From Antedon mediterranea (Eukaryota > Animalia > Echinodermata): a stretch of 64,000 nt of DNA. The translations under genes and the position numbers were made by a program. Of this stretch, positions 50,690-61,446 are shown in pieces. The DNA lies in NCBI RefSeq assembly GCF_964355755.1, contig NC_092673.1, positions 17,853,648-17,917,647 on the forward strand, in the 5' to 3' direction. The notes under the pieces are model-generated. The model was not told where the DNA came from, did not search any database, and saw only the letters and a list, made by a program, of their open reading frames with translations. Within the stretch, counting starts at the first letter, position 1; every line of letters starts with the position of its first letter.

Positions 50690-50962
50690 AATATGAGATC
50701 GTCATCTGTGTGTTTTTTCTCCATCAAAGTTTTATGGTAAACGTGCTTTTTCGGCTGCAGCTGCTGTTCTCTGGAACGGTCCTTCAAGTTATATCAGGAA
50801 TTCTGAATCACTCAGGACATTCCAAGAACGCCTGAAATCCGACGTTTTTAAAAAACCTTTTTTGTTAGTTTTTGCTCTTCTTTTTTCTGTTGATTGTTCA
50901 GCGCTTCGAGACGTCTTGAACTTTGCGCTATAGTAAATTGAACATTATTGTTGTTGTTGTTA
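50690..50962 (+). mobile_element. L2 LINE 3' remnant
   Basis: YGKRAFSAAAAVLWN...IRNSESLRTFQERLKS, followed by an L2-like tail (cagcgct...gcgctata, then (ttg)n). Confidence 0.75.
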
Positions 50963-52213
50963 TGATATTAAAATTAAGATACATGTATTTACATATTGAA
51001 CACTTGTACTAAGAAGAGTTTAATTATTATAAATGCTTTAATACATATTGATGTTTCTTTAATTCATATTCACTACACGGCACAATATTTAATGTAGATG
51101 TAACGAGATCCTGGCAAGATAACCCACGATTTTACGCGCATGACCGTACGTGCGCGTGCGTTTTTATTCGATTCAAATGAGGACCAGAAATAGGTAATCT
51201 AATCAAAGATTGTATAGTGCCGCTACGCGGCTACAATCTTTGATCTAATAGGTATTTACAGTATTGTCAAAATATTGCAAGTTTATTCTGAAAGGGCCCA
51301 TATATTTACCTACCGTATGTGTTAAACCAAGGGCTAATAATCTGCCTACTAGTGTTTATCCAAACTCTGGCTGACTGAGAGATTGGGATGACGACGAATG
51401 GCGTGTTCAGTGTACGGAATTTCACTTTTGATTATTGTCAATGCCTTAATACATGTTGATGTTTTTGTAATTGGTATTCACTACTGTGCACATTATGTAA
51501 GGTAGGTGTAATGATATTGCGAATAAAATCCTCCCAAGCTGATTTGCACGAAAGAGGTGGTCTTAATTTTGGGAAGATCCCACCTGAAATCCGTACCTGA
51601 AGCTGGCGGAGAAGTCAGAGCAATACTCGGCGCAGAGGGACGTTAATTACAAAATTTCTGACATGTAATAATTTGGATGTGTAAGCGTGCCTTGTCGTGG
51701 TCATCTGTTTAAAATTTGTCTCATTACGTGTAATTCATTTAATAACATGGCTCCAACTTTTTTCGTCTGATGTCATGTCTTCAAACAAAAACGAATGGCG
51801 TGTTCAATGTACAGTTTAGATGTTTATTTTTGATTGTTATCAATGATGTAATACATATAGATGTTTTTGTAAATCATATACACTACAATGGACATTGTTG
51901 AATGTAGATGTAATGTTATTTTGATTGAGATCGTCTGAAGGTGATTTGCACAAATTAGGTGGTCATATTCTTGGAAAGATCTCACTTGAAACCTTACTAA
52001 AAGGTAGCGTAGAAGTTAGGACACCAGTTGGCGCAGAGACGTTAATTCCCAAATCTATTACCTGTAATATTTGGGGTGCGTTGTAATTGTTATTACTTCT
52101 GTCCGAAATGTGCTGAAATATTAATTGTAATGAATTATCTGTAACTGAAATTCTTGTATATGACTAATAGGCCTATGTTACCTTTTCTGTTGTTAGATTA
52201 TAAAAGATGGTTA

Positions 52214-55200
52214 TCAAAACTTTATTTGAATGGCCTCATGATAGCTATAATAGATAGGAGTCACTTCCACCTGTATTGAGTCTAGACCTTTGCTATATAC
52301 ATGATCAATCAATGTATTACTTTCGGTAGTAGAACTTGTAACATGTTGTTGGTACCCATTATCTGACAATAAATTGTTCACTCTGGAAGGTAGTTTGAAA
52401 AGGTTTTCGTTAAAGTCACCCATTATGATACATTTTGTACTTACTTTATGTAACTGTTCTAGTAAGTTTCTCAAATGGTGACAAAATTGTTTGATATCAT
52501 AGCTCGGGGGTCTATATATTACTGAAACAGCAACTGAAATTGGACATGTTATTAAAAAGGAAATTGCTTCTATATCGTTAATACGTATGTCTAACTTGCT
52601 TGAAAACTTGTTCTTGGTATAGACTGCAACGCCACCATGAGCCTGATTTTTTAATTTTAAAGTTATGTCATTGCTATTAGAATATGAGTCATACCTTGTT
52701 TGGTGATACAACTTGTACTGCTCTATACTTAAATCAAGTAAGTCGTCATCCTTATTTAACCATGTTTCAGTTAGACATACGATACTAGAGTGCATAAACC
52801 AACCATTGCACTGAAGATCAGCAAAATGTTGTTTAAGTCCTTGAATGTTATGTAACATGATTGAATTTTTATAAACAATATTATTAACTTGTTTATCACA
52901 TTGTACGTATGAATTCATATTTTGTAAGTATTTCGTTATTTTAGAATCACAATAAATCAAGTTAGGATGAACATGTTCAATGACAAGTCCAGAAAGTGAA
53001 GTAACACGACTTAGAGCTACATATGCTTGTCCTGGTGCAAAAGTCTTTTTAAGGCAAACCACCGCTTTATCCATTGTCATTCCTTGCACTTTATGGACTG
53101 TACAGGCATATGCTAGTTTGAGTGGAAACTGCCTACGATTAGATTTTTTTCCGACAGTTTCCTGAAACATTTCTATTAAATGAGTACCAATGTCACTGTT
53201 GTCAAATGTTACCTTAATTGATGTTGGCTTTACGTTTTGACTGGGCTTAATTATTTCTTCAACATGTCCCATACATCCATTTGTTAAGCCTTTCTTAACA
53301 TCTACATTCTTAATCAACATCACTTTGGCATTAACTGCAATCCACAAATGTTTTGGTAAATTTGATTGACACGATTTCTGAGTCTTATCACCATGTTTGT
53401 CCTGCTTCTTGCTGTTTACAACAATATTTTCTGCTTCAATACAAACAATATTGGTGCAGGTGTTATGTAACATTTGTTTATTCCAATCATTAACTTGTTT
53501 ATTGCATGGGTATATATGAACAGAATCTTCGCATTGTTCACCTGTTTCACGTGATTTTAAAACTGATAATTCTTTGTCCGACAAACAGTTTTTTTTTTCT
53601 TTTGTACGCAATTTGTTTAACAATACAGCAAAATCTTTATCTTTCTTTTGTCTCATAATTTCATCTAACTGCACTTTTTTGAAATTATTTATCCACAATG
53701 AGTTTTCCAATGTTTCTTTATACAAAGAAGTACCTTTCACAGGGGGTAACTGATAAAAATCACCTACTGCAATTACTGAAATATTACCAAAAGCACTATC
53801 GTTACGAACTTGTTTGATTTGCCGCAATCGTCCGTGGACGTACCATAGTAGCTTTTGATTGACCATTGATATTTCATCTATAATGACAATTTGCAACTGT
53901 CCTAATTCATTACGAAGCGCACTTACTTTTTCTTCTCCAAGTGGCTGATATGGAAGTGAAATATAAATGGGAATAGACAAAGCACTATGAATTGTGTGAC
54001 CTTTGATATTATATGCGGCAATTCCTGTGGGAGCTAGTTTTAATATTGACAGGTCATCGGGATTTTCCATAATTTGTCCGAGAATGCGTGTTGCTTCATT
54101 GTAAATACAATTAACCAAATGACTTTTTCCAGTGCCAGCACCTCCAGTTATAAAAGTATAAAATGGTTCTGGTTGTTTACCATTAACTTTATCTAAGCAC
54201 CATTGCCTTGTCTTATAAAATATCTGTTTTTGTTTTTCATTTAAAGGTCGAATCATTTTGTTTAATTCTGGTCTTGAAATACGAATTGAGTTACACTCTG
54301 TTGTAGATATTTCATTTTTTTTAAGTCCAAAATCTGGAATGACGAATTCGTCTTCTTCATCATCAATGTCAACATTTGGCAGTGGATTTTCTAACCTTTC
54401 CTTTTCGTTTTCTGGACACAATAGGCCCCATGCGTCTTCTTGTGGTCCAAATTTTGCTAAAACCTCTTTTGCATGTTCAATATCATCAGCACTTTTGTCA
54501 TACTGTCGCATGTTTTCATCAACTATAGAATATACTTTTTGTAAGTTACTGTCACATAATTTGACAGATCCTTCCTCATAAAATTCTTGATATGTTTCAA
54601 ATTTATGTGGTTTTAACTGTTTATCTGTTCGAAATGGCAAAAATAACTGCAATATACTCATAAAGTATTTTTCAGATGCTGTTTTTACTGGAAACCTAGG
54701 GTACCTTACTATAGCATTATCAGTTCTTGTTCGTTTTTGGATGAATCCTAGATGTTTTTGTAATTGAAAGACGTTCTTTCTCTGTGCCTTTCCTTTCATT
54801 TCTGATGAACTTATCATTCTAAAATGAGAACAAAAAGTTGCAAGGCACATTTTATCAAAATCAGAACTTGTTGGTCGAGCTTTATATTTGTCAAGCTTAT
54901 TTGGTAACCATGCACTCCCACTGTCGTCCACTTTGTTTTTAATTACACTTAGTGGTAAACTCATTCTAACCGGATTAGGTCCTACTGGTATAAATTCAAC
55001 TTTTCTGGAACATTCTTTCAATCTCAATCCACATACACGATAAACACTTTCTTGCGCAGACACTTCTCTATTGTTCATATACACATGACCAAGTTTACTT
55101 AAACTTTGTCTAGCGTTTTCATTTCCTTCTTTCACTTCTGCTGCTGCATGAGATAGAAGTAAGCCCATTTCTCTTTCAGCTTTCGACATATATGATACAA

Positions 55201-58200
55201 CGTAAGTGACACATGCATACACACTTGTTATATATTGTATATCCATGTTAGCATTCCATGCTCTAAGTAAGGAGGGATTGTATTGATTTACCCACACATC
55301 TTGAGGGTTTCTCTTTAAAACAATCTGTTCTTTAGTGGCTATACAATTATTTGCATCTTCATATGCAAGCTGAGTAGTATCTAAACTTGTAAAAAGTTCT
55401 TTCGCACTTTGATACGTTTCTTCATTCGTCAAAGCATCTTTTACCGAGGTTAATAATTCTTCCGCTTGTTTATTAGCATTGGTATCATTATTTGTTTTAT
55501 CAACATTGGTTTTGTCCACACTTGTAGGTCTCATGACAAATGTTTTTTCAGAAGGTTGTCTTGGAAAGTTAAATCTGCAATTTGTTCCCTTCTTCTTACA
55601 CGATTTGGAATGTCTTTTACTGTGAATCTGTACACTGGCAACAATTTCATTCATTTCAGAATCTGCAATTGGACATGGCACAGCACAAGAAATATACTTA
55701 TCAACAAAATTGATAACTTTTTTATCTTCATCTTCACCAAATACAGGAGCATTTTCTACCCATACCAACATATGAACATGTGGACTTCCTCTCATTTGAA
55801 ATTCTACTCTGTAAAAATAATCTATTACTTTACCAATAGGCTGTGCCTCGGATAAAATAACTTGGTTCAAAAAAGTATGAAAACGTTTGTCAAACATTCT
55901 GGCAACAGTTACTGGATTTGATTTTAGCAGATGACATTTGTCTGCCCATTCCAAATCATCAATGTTTCTTTGGTCTCCTGTTTGACTTAATAATGTGGTC
56001 ATTATTTCTTTCCAACGGAAGTCAGCACTCGAAAATGAAAGAAAGAATGTTGGCTTCCCAATTTGTCTAACCATTGCTAATACATCTTTCTGTGTTACTT
56101 GCCAGTACGGTGGAGTACCACGTATTTGTTTTAGAAATTTATAACCTTTATCAGATTTTAAAATCTCTTCAATTTTGGTCGTATTTTTTAAGTCAGATAT
56201 AGTTACTTTACTGAAATCATTCTTGTTTGACCCTTTTCGCAACGCTATAGAGATACTCCCTAAAATTTGTTGAAGTTCATATATAGATTGAGCATAAAAT
56301 ATGAATTCTGTATTTTTGGCAAACCTGTTATCTACATGCATTAATCTATTGAGTAAATATCGACCAAGTGTTATTTTAACATCTCTGGTATCGTGAAAAG
56401 TTGGTTGCCCTGTTGGAAATAACACTGGAAATGATTTTCCTTCGTTACTTACGTTGTTTATCAATGCAATAGGGCTGTTATTTTCACATGGCGCACAACA
56501 AATGATATCACGGAAATATTCATCAACCACATTTTGTCGGATATCAACAGGTTGTAGACTTGTGTCAAAAGCAATACCACACAATCGGTCTTCTAATTCT
56601 TCTTCATTGTTTTCTACGGCATTGTTTTGTACACATGTTTGTTGATCATCTACGTCAGCAGTTGCAGTTACTATATTTTCTTTCGATAAATAATTGTGCC
56701 ACTGTTCATCAATAGCTACATCAAAATACCATTTGTTGTGATCTTGTAAATATTCAAGAGCTCGAATAACATTGGCTGTTTTTACAAATTTATATTGATA
56801 ATAACCTTTATAAGACAACTTTCTCTTCAGTTTTACAGATATTAATTGGTCGTCAGCCTGCGGTCTAGGGAGAATTTTTACAGTTTCAATAGTATTTGAT
56901 GGTACGCATACAACTGGTCCATGTATTCCATGTTGTCCACCTTTGGGTAAATTCATTAATTTCATAAAAGGAATATTTAATCCTATTAAATGCTCCTCTA
57001 AATTGTTTAAACAGTTTAGCTCTGGAGGAATTTCATGTAGTTCTAAATTGTTTGAATTCGCTTCTGCAGGGACTTTTCCACTAAGTAATTTCCTATGACA
57101 TGTAAAACAAATCCATAGATATCCTCTTGGCGAGTTGGCAAATTGACAAGGTGTGTTACATTTACTGTTACAAATATGCAAGTATTTTTCATTAACGCAT
57201 ATTCTATTTTCGTATTTAGCTTTTGTGCATCTTAGAACTTGATTTTTGAATAACATTTTAAAGCATACACAACAAATATATTCAGGACCATAAGATATAT
57301 CTTCGCGAAATTGTTTTAAAACATTTTCAAAATTACGCTTCTCTCCTTTCTTTTTTTTACGATGTGTCATGTTTTTTGTTACAACATTTTGTCGGAACTC
57401 TGAATCATTATGATACTTTTCTTTAAACCTTTTGTTACAACTTTCACGGAATTTTGAATTGCTGTGGTACTTTTCTGAAAAGTTGTCGTTACAACTTTCA
57501 CGGAATTTGGAATTACTACGGTACTTTTCTGTGAACTTCTTGTTACAATTCTGACGGAATTTGGAATTACTACGGTACTTTTCCGTAAACCTCTGCTTAC
57601 AACTGTCACGGAATTTTGAATTTCTCCAATACTTCGCTTGTAACTTGTTCTTGAAAATATTGCGGTAGTTACTATTTTGATATTTAGTTTTTTTTTTTTC
57701 TTTCAAATGTAGTCTAAATTTTTCATTAAGTTTATATCTCTCCCGAAAGCTGGCTGTTTTGTTTGTTCTGTAATTCGAATTAGTGTTATAATGTTTTCTT
57801 GACCTACTTCGTACCCTAATATTATATTTCGGGTCACAATTGTACGCTTTCTTTTGTCTTTCTCTGTTTTCCTTTCTTTTATGAAAATTATAAATATCAT
57901 CAGCATATTTGATTCTTTGTGCCTGTTTAACTTTACTTTTCTTTTCTTCTCTATATACAGAATCATTTTCATATTTATGTCGTTGGGCATTCGCATTATA
58001 TTTTTTTGTATCGTTTTGTTTGTTTTCTCCATTCGTTTTAGTTTCGATTAAACGCTTCATCCTCATTTGGATTTTGTTGTTGCGCCTTTTATTTGTTTGA
58101 GATGTTTTTCTCTTTCTTCTTGATACTTTTACTTTGTTATTAGAACGAAGTCCTTCATTATTTTTACCTCGAGTTTGTTTAATTCGGCTTTTATTTCTGT

Positions 58201-58672
58201 CCGATGAACTTTTCTTTCCTTCTGATACCTCCACATGGTTGTTTAAACAAAATTCTTCATCATTTTTACTCCGTTTTTCTTTGTGTCTTATAGCGTCTCC
58301 TACCATTTCATGACCTATTTCATTTCTTTTTCGTTTTCGTTTATTTTCATGTTTTGTAAAAGTATTCATTTCTGATGAACTGTCAACATCATCACTTTCC
58401 ACATTTGTTGTTGTTTTCTGATAATTGCAATTTACATTAACAGATTCGACTACATTGAAATGCACATTTCTGGTGTACAGAATATATATACCATTGTTAG
58501 TTGTAACAGAATTTATTCTCCCTGGTTTTTTGGCAGAAAACAATTGCCAGGTTGAAAGCTGGTCATTGAATGAATAAATATCTATATTAAGCAAGTTTGC
58601 CATTGCACTTATTTCAGTATTAGAAGCCCATGTTCCATTATCCATTATTTTTTTTTTTAAACACATATTCAT
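52214..58672 (-). CDS. Helentron Rep-helicase-endonuclease polyprotein, C-terminal part (OTU C-half, basic repeats, HUH Rep, PIF1 helicase, AP-like endonuclease)
   Basis: Rep: RVEFQMRGSPHVHMLVW, YVVSYMSK. PIF1: GGAGTGKS, IIDEISMV, GDFYQLPPV, HKVQGMT, AYVALSR. EEP endonuclease: NIQGL, LTETWL, GGVAVY, IYRPP, GDFN, IDHVY, SYH. Confidence 0.96.
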   Translation of the reverse strand: MNMCLKKKIMDNGTWASNTEISAMANLLNIDIYSFNDQLSTWQLFSAKKPGRINSVTTNNGIYILYTRNVHFNVVESVNVNCNYQKTTTNVESDDVDSSSEMNTFTKHENKRKRKRNEIGHEMVGDAIRHKEKRSKNDEEFCLNNHVEVSEGKKSSSDRNKSRIKQTRGKNNEGLRSNNKVKVSRRKRKTSQTNKRRNNKIQMRMKRLIETKTNGENKQNDTKKYNANAQRHKYENDSVYREEKKSKVKQAQRIKYADDIYNFHKRKENRERQKKAYNCDPKYNIRVRSRSRKHYNTNSNYRTNKTASFRERYKLNEKFRLHLKEKKKTKYQNSNYRNIFKNKLQAKYWRNSKFRDSCKQRFTEKYRSNSKFRQNCNKKFTEKYRSNSKFRESCNDNFSEKYHSNSKFRESCNKRFKEKYHNDSEFRQNVVTKNMTHRKKKKGEKRNFENVLKQFREDISYGPEYICCVCFKMLFKNQVLRCTKAKYENRICVNEKYLHICNSKCNTPCQFANSPRGYLWICFTCHRKLLSGKVPAEANSNNLELHEIPPELNCLNNLEEHLIGLNIPFMKLMNLPKGGQHGIHGPVVCVPSNTIETVKILPRPQADDQLISVKLKRKLSYKGYYQYKFVKTANVIRALEYLQDHNKWYFDVAIDEQWHNYLSKENIVTATADVDDQQTCVQNNAVENNEEELEDRLCGIAFDTSLQPVDIRQNVVDEYFRDIICCAPCENNSPIALINNVSNEGKSFPVLFPTGQPTFHDTRDVKITLGRYLLNRLMHVDNRFAKNTEFIFYAQSIYELQQILGSISIALRKGSNKNDFSKVTISDLKNTTKIEEILKSDKGYKFLKQIRGTPPYWQVTQKDVLAMVRQIGKPTFFLSFSSADFRWKEIMTTLLSQTGDQRNIDDLEWADKCHLLKSNPVTVARMFDKRFHTFLNQVILSEAQPIGKVIDYFYRVEFQMRGSPHVHMLVWVENAPVFGEDEDKKVINFVDKYISCAVPCPIADSEMNEIVASVQIHSKRHSKSCKKKGTNCRFNFPRQPSEKTFVMRPTSVDKTNVDKTNNDTNANKQAEELLTSVKDALTNEETYQSAKELFTSLDTTQLAYEDANNCIATKEQIVLKRNPQDVWVNQYNPSLLRAWNANMDIQYITSVYACVTYVVSYMSKAEREMGLLLSHAAAEVKEGNENARQSLSKLGHVYMNNREVSAQESVYRVCGLRLKECSRKVEFIPVGPNPVRMSLPLSVIKNKVDDSGSAWLPNKLDKYKARPTSSDFDKMCLATFCSHFRMISSSEMKGKAQRKNVFQLQKHLGFIQKRTRTDNAIVRYPRFPVKTASEKYFMSILQLFLPFRTDKQLKPHKFETYQEFYEEGSVKLCDSNLQKVYSIVDENMRQYDKSADDIEHAKEVLAKFGPQEDAWGLLCPENEKERLENPLPNVDIDDEEDEFVIPDFGLKKNEISTTECNSIRISRPELNKMIRPLNEKQKQIFYKTRQWCLDKVNGKQPEPFYTFITGGAGTGKSHLVNCIYNEATRILGQIMENPDDLSILKLAPTGIAAYNIKGHTIHSALSIPIYISLPYQPLGEEKVSALRNELGQLQIVIIDEISMVNQKLLWYVHGRLRQIKQVRNDSAFGNISVIAVGDFYQLPPVKGTSLYKETLENSLWINNFKKVQLDEIMRQKKDKDFAVLLNKLRTKEKKNCLSDKELSVLKSRETGEQCEDSVHIYPCNKQVNDWNKQMLHNTCTNIVCIEAENIVVNSKKQDKHGDKTQKSCQSNLPKHLWIAVNAKVMLIKNVDVKKGLTNGCMGHVEEIIKPSQNVKPTSIKVTFDNSDIGTHLIEMFQETVGKKSNRRQFPLKLAYACTVHKVQGMTMDKAVVCLKKTFAPGQAYVALSRVTSLSGLVIEHVHPNLIYCDSKITKYLQNMNSYVQCDKQVNNIVYKNSIMLHNIQGLKQHFADLQCNGWFMHSSIVCLTETWLNKDDDLLDLSIEQYKLYHQTRYDSYSNSNDITLKLKNQAHGGVAVYTKNKFSSKLDIRINDIEAISFLITCPISVAVSVIYRPPSYDIKQFCHHLRNLLEQLHKVSTKCIIMGDFNENLFKLPSRVNNLLSDNGYQQHVTSSTTESNTLIDHVYSKGLDSIQVEVTPIYYSYHEAIQIKF

Positions 58673-61364
58673 TCACTGTTCTATATTCATGACTTAATGT
58701 ATTACTGAACAAGTCATCAGTTGCCAATAAATGATGAACAATTGCTTGTCTTAAAATAAAATGATTATGTTCTGTGCCAGAAATAATGTATGAAATTGCA
58801 CGATAAAAACAATTACCATCACCAGTAATTTGCTTAATTTGTAGAGGATGTCCAATGTGACTGACGTTGATAATACCAACATTTCTATCAGAGTTTTTAC
58901 TATTAATGCCTATTTTATTACAAACGGTTGTTTTTTGAGTTTCTGAAACGGGGACAAAATTGAAATTCTTATCTTGTCTTTCTCTATATTGAACATTAAC
59001 AATTTCAATGTCGTCATTAGTTTGCCATGTATTACTTTTTGATACGTGATCTTTTTTATTACAATGTGTTTTGTCTTCGATATTCTTGTCGGGTAATGTA
59101 GAAGTACTATGCTGACAAGACGTACCAGGTACATGAATATCGGAATATTCCGAGTTGTTTTGTTCATAATTATTATCTAATATGACAGAAGGAGTGGAAC
59201 ATAAAACCATAGACTTATTTTGAATATTTACACCAGTCAGTTCAAACTCCGTATCATGTAAATTACAGTTCATTGATCTTGCTAATTTTAAGCAATAACT
59301 GTATACACCTTGCCAAGAGGTACTGTAAAGTAAAATGCTCTTTCCACGTTCACTAAGACAACCAAATCGATCTCTTGCATGTGGATCAAATATAAGGAAG
59401 CCATTTACACGTTTAATAACAGCAAATGTGCTTGAGTTAAAATTCATGAAACATGCATCGTGGTTGTGTAATGTTTGTTCAAGAGCTTGATGTAATGACA
59501 ATCCTCCATATTCAGCCATAAATTCGGGATTTCCATCTATTTTTCCAAACACAGACTCACTGGGAGATATAACAAATGTGTTATCCAAAATATCCAATTC
59601 TTTCGGCAGTTCAGATATCAACAACAAGTCCTCATCCATAGTGGAATCCTTTTGAATATAATAGTACAATTCATTTCCAAGCGTCAATATTGTATCAAGG
59701 TCTTTTGTGTGAAATTCATTGCCATACCTCTTTGTTGAATAAAGAATAGCTACCAGGCTATTTGCAACACACTGTTTACCACGTGCATAGCCAAATCTAG
59801 GATTACCTTGATTAAAACTACCCTGTGCTACAGTTCTATTATTAGTAATACTCTGACATGGGTTTGCAACACTGTTGTATTGCTTAAATGATGCAACGTG
59901 TTTCGTATTATCATCAGATGTTTCATATGCATTTGTTGAAATTGTAATATCGACACTGTTATCATCAGTCATATTGTATTGTTTAAATGTATTTGTAGGT
60001 CGTGTATTCTCCCTAATTGTTTCGTTGTATGTTTTTGGTTGTTCCTCGTCAATTATTAATACTTCATGATCTGTAAAATCACAACTACTGTCTAATCTTA
60101 GTTGATTTATTTTGCTATTACTGTTTGGTTTATCACTAGCTGTTATGTAGACGTTGTCTTCATTACATTTTATGTGTGATTTGCCATCGTTACCTAAGTG
60201 ATCTGAAATTAAATTTGTACTAATGTTTTCCTCCAGGTTATTGTTAGTATTATCCTCTTGTGATTTTATTTTAACTGTCTTTTTGACAAAACGACCTTTT
60301 TTGCGTGGCTGTTTCGTGTTCAAACCACCACCATAAAGTTGTTGTATGGTGTTCGTTATTGTCGTCATATCTGAAGCATCACTCGTAGAGCTATGTACAT
60401 CAACATCTACCTTTTCATAAAGTATTGTTTGTGAATTGTCTGGAATTTTTTCTCTATCCACATTTTCATGCAGTTTCTTGTTTCGTTTTTCATAGTAATC
60501 GTGGACAGATTTACCAATATATGTTACACCTAGTTCAATAATTATACCATTTATAACACGCCTCCTTTTGTTCTTATTTCCTCTTTTTTTTTTTCCTTGT
60601 TTTCTGATACTGGTATTTTTCCTGGATTTTACCTTAATCCATTCTCTACCAAGTAAATTTTCACTTTCTGTTTGTTGGCATTGTGAGTTGGTGTTAGTCT
60701 TTGTTACATTCCGTTGGTTGGATTTCCAATTCCGTTCATTTTGCGTAAATTCTTCAAAGTTAGCGTTAGATTCATCATGTTCTAGAATCATATACCTATT
60801 AAAATGACACGCAATACCTATCTCACCCAACATATTATTTGCAAAATTACTATTTCCACACATCGAACAGATCCAAATTACTCTTGAATCACAGAGTTTG
60901 CCTTCAAACATTTGTCTTACACATGTCACATGGTAAAACTTACTGCAACAATCACATGACACATAATTTTCATCTGCTATATATTCAATATTACATAAGC
61001 CACATTTCTTAAACTCAGAGGCGACCGCTGTACCAGAAGAAACATTTACGATGTCATCAACTATTTTTTTAATGAATTCACAAATGTCAGTATGTGTATC
61101 TTTTTCGTCCATGTTGAGAGTGCTTACGTTTTTGACATTTGTAGGTAAACAGCATTGATCGGGTACATCTGTAACCTCGGTTTTATATATAATGCTATTA
61201 TTAACTTTACCAGGTGTGTTGTCGTTGTTGTACTCTTTACTTGTAACGTCTTTATGGTTTGTACATAAACACCACATCATTAACAACAACATTAAAAACA
61301 ACATAGTAACAACAACAGTTATCAATTGTGTATCCATTACTGTATGTATAATAATCAAGACCAC
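58638..61364 (-). CDS. Helentron polyprotein, N-terminal part (hydrophobic segment, PHD finger, herpes-tegument-like deubiquitinase, OTU N-half); joined to the next ORF across a 1-nt frameshift
   Basis: PHD: CGLC..CDCCSKFYHVTC..WICSMC. Tegument-type DUB: QGSFNQG..FG..GKQCVANSL..FDPHAR. OTU: GDGNCFYRAIS. The frame break lies at the T11 run 58648-58658. Confidence 0.9.
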   Translation of the reverse strand: MVLIIIHTVMDTQLITVVVTMLFLMLLLMMWCLCTNHKDVTSKEYNNDNTPGKVNNSIIYKTEVTDVPDQCCLPTNVKNVSTLNMDEKDTHTDICEFIKKIVDDIVNVSSGTAVASEFKKCGLCNIEYIADENYVSCDCCSKFYHVTCVRQMFEGKLCDSRVIWICSMCGNSNFANNMLGEIGIACHFNRYMILEHDESNANFEEFTQNERNWKSNQRNVTKTNTNSQCQQTESENLLGREWIKVKSRKNTSIRKQGKKKRGNKNKRRRVINGIIIELGVTYIGKSVHDYYEKRNKKLHENVDREKIPDNSQTILYEKVDVDVHSSTSDASDMTTITNTIQQLYGGGLNTKQPRKKGRFVKKTVKIKSQEDNTNNNLEENISTNLISDHLGNDGKSHIKCNEDNVYITASDKPNSNSKINQLRLDSSCDFTDHEVLIIDEEQPKTYNETIRENTRPTNTFKQYNMTDDNSVDITISTNAYETSDDNTKHVASFKQYNSVANPCQSITNNRTVAQGSFNQGNPRFGYARGKQCVANSLVAILYSTKRYGNEFHTKDLDTILTLGNELYYYIQKDSTMDEDLLLISELPKELDILDNTFVISPSESVFGKIDGNPEFMAEYGGLSLHQALEQTLHNHDACFMNFNSSTFAVIKRVNGFLIFDPHARDRFGCLSERGKSILLYSTSWQGVYSYCLKLARSMNCNLHDTEFELTGVNIQNKSMVLCSTPSVILDNNYEQNNSEYSDIHVPGTSCQHSTSTLPDKNIEDKTHCNKKDHVSKSNTWQTNDDIEIVNVQYRERQDKNFNFVPVSETQKTTVCNKIGINSKNSDRNVGIINVSHIGHPLQIKQITGDGNCFYRAISYIISGTEHNHFILRQAIVHHLLATDDLFSNTLSHEYRTVNEYVFKKKNNG

Positions 61365-61446
61365 AAATTTGTGTCAAATTCTATAACAATTACTAATTTA
61401 TTTATTCTGTAAAATGCTATAAAAAATCGTTACGTATGGCTACAAA

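Noticed and set aside
58645-58665. Programmed -1 ribosomal frameshift at TTTAAAA
   Set aside because: The downstream ORF is in the +1 frame, so a -1 shift would not join the ORFs.
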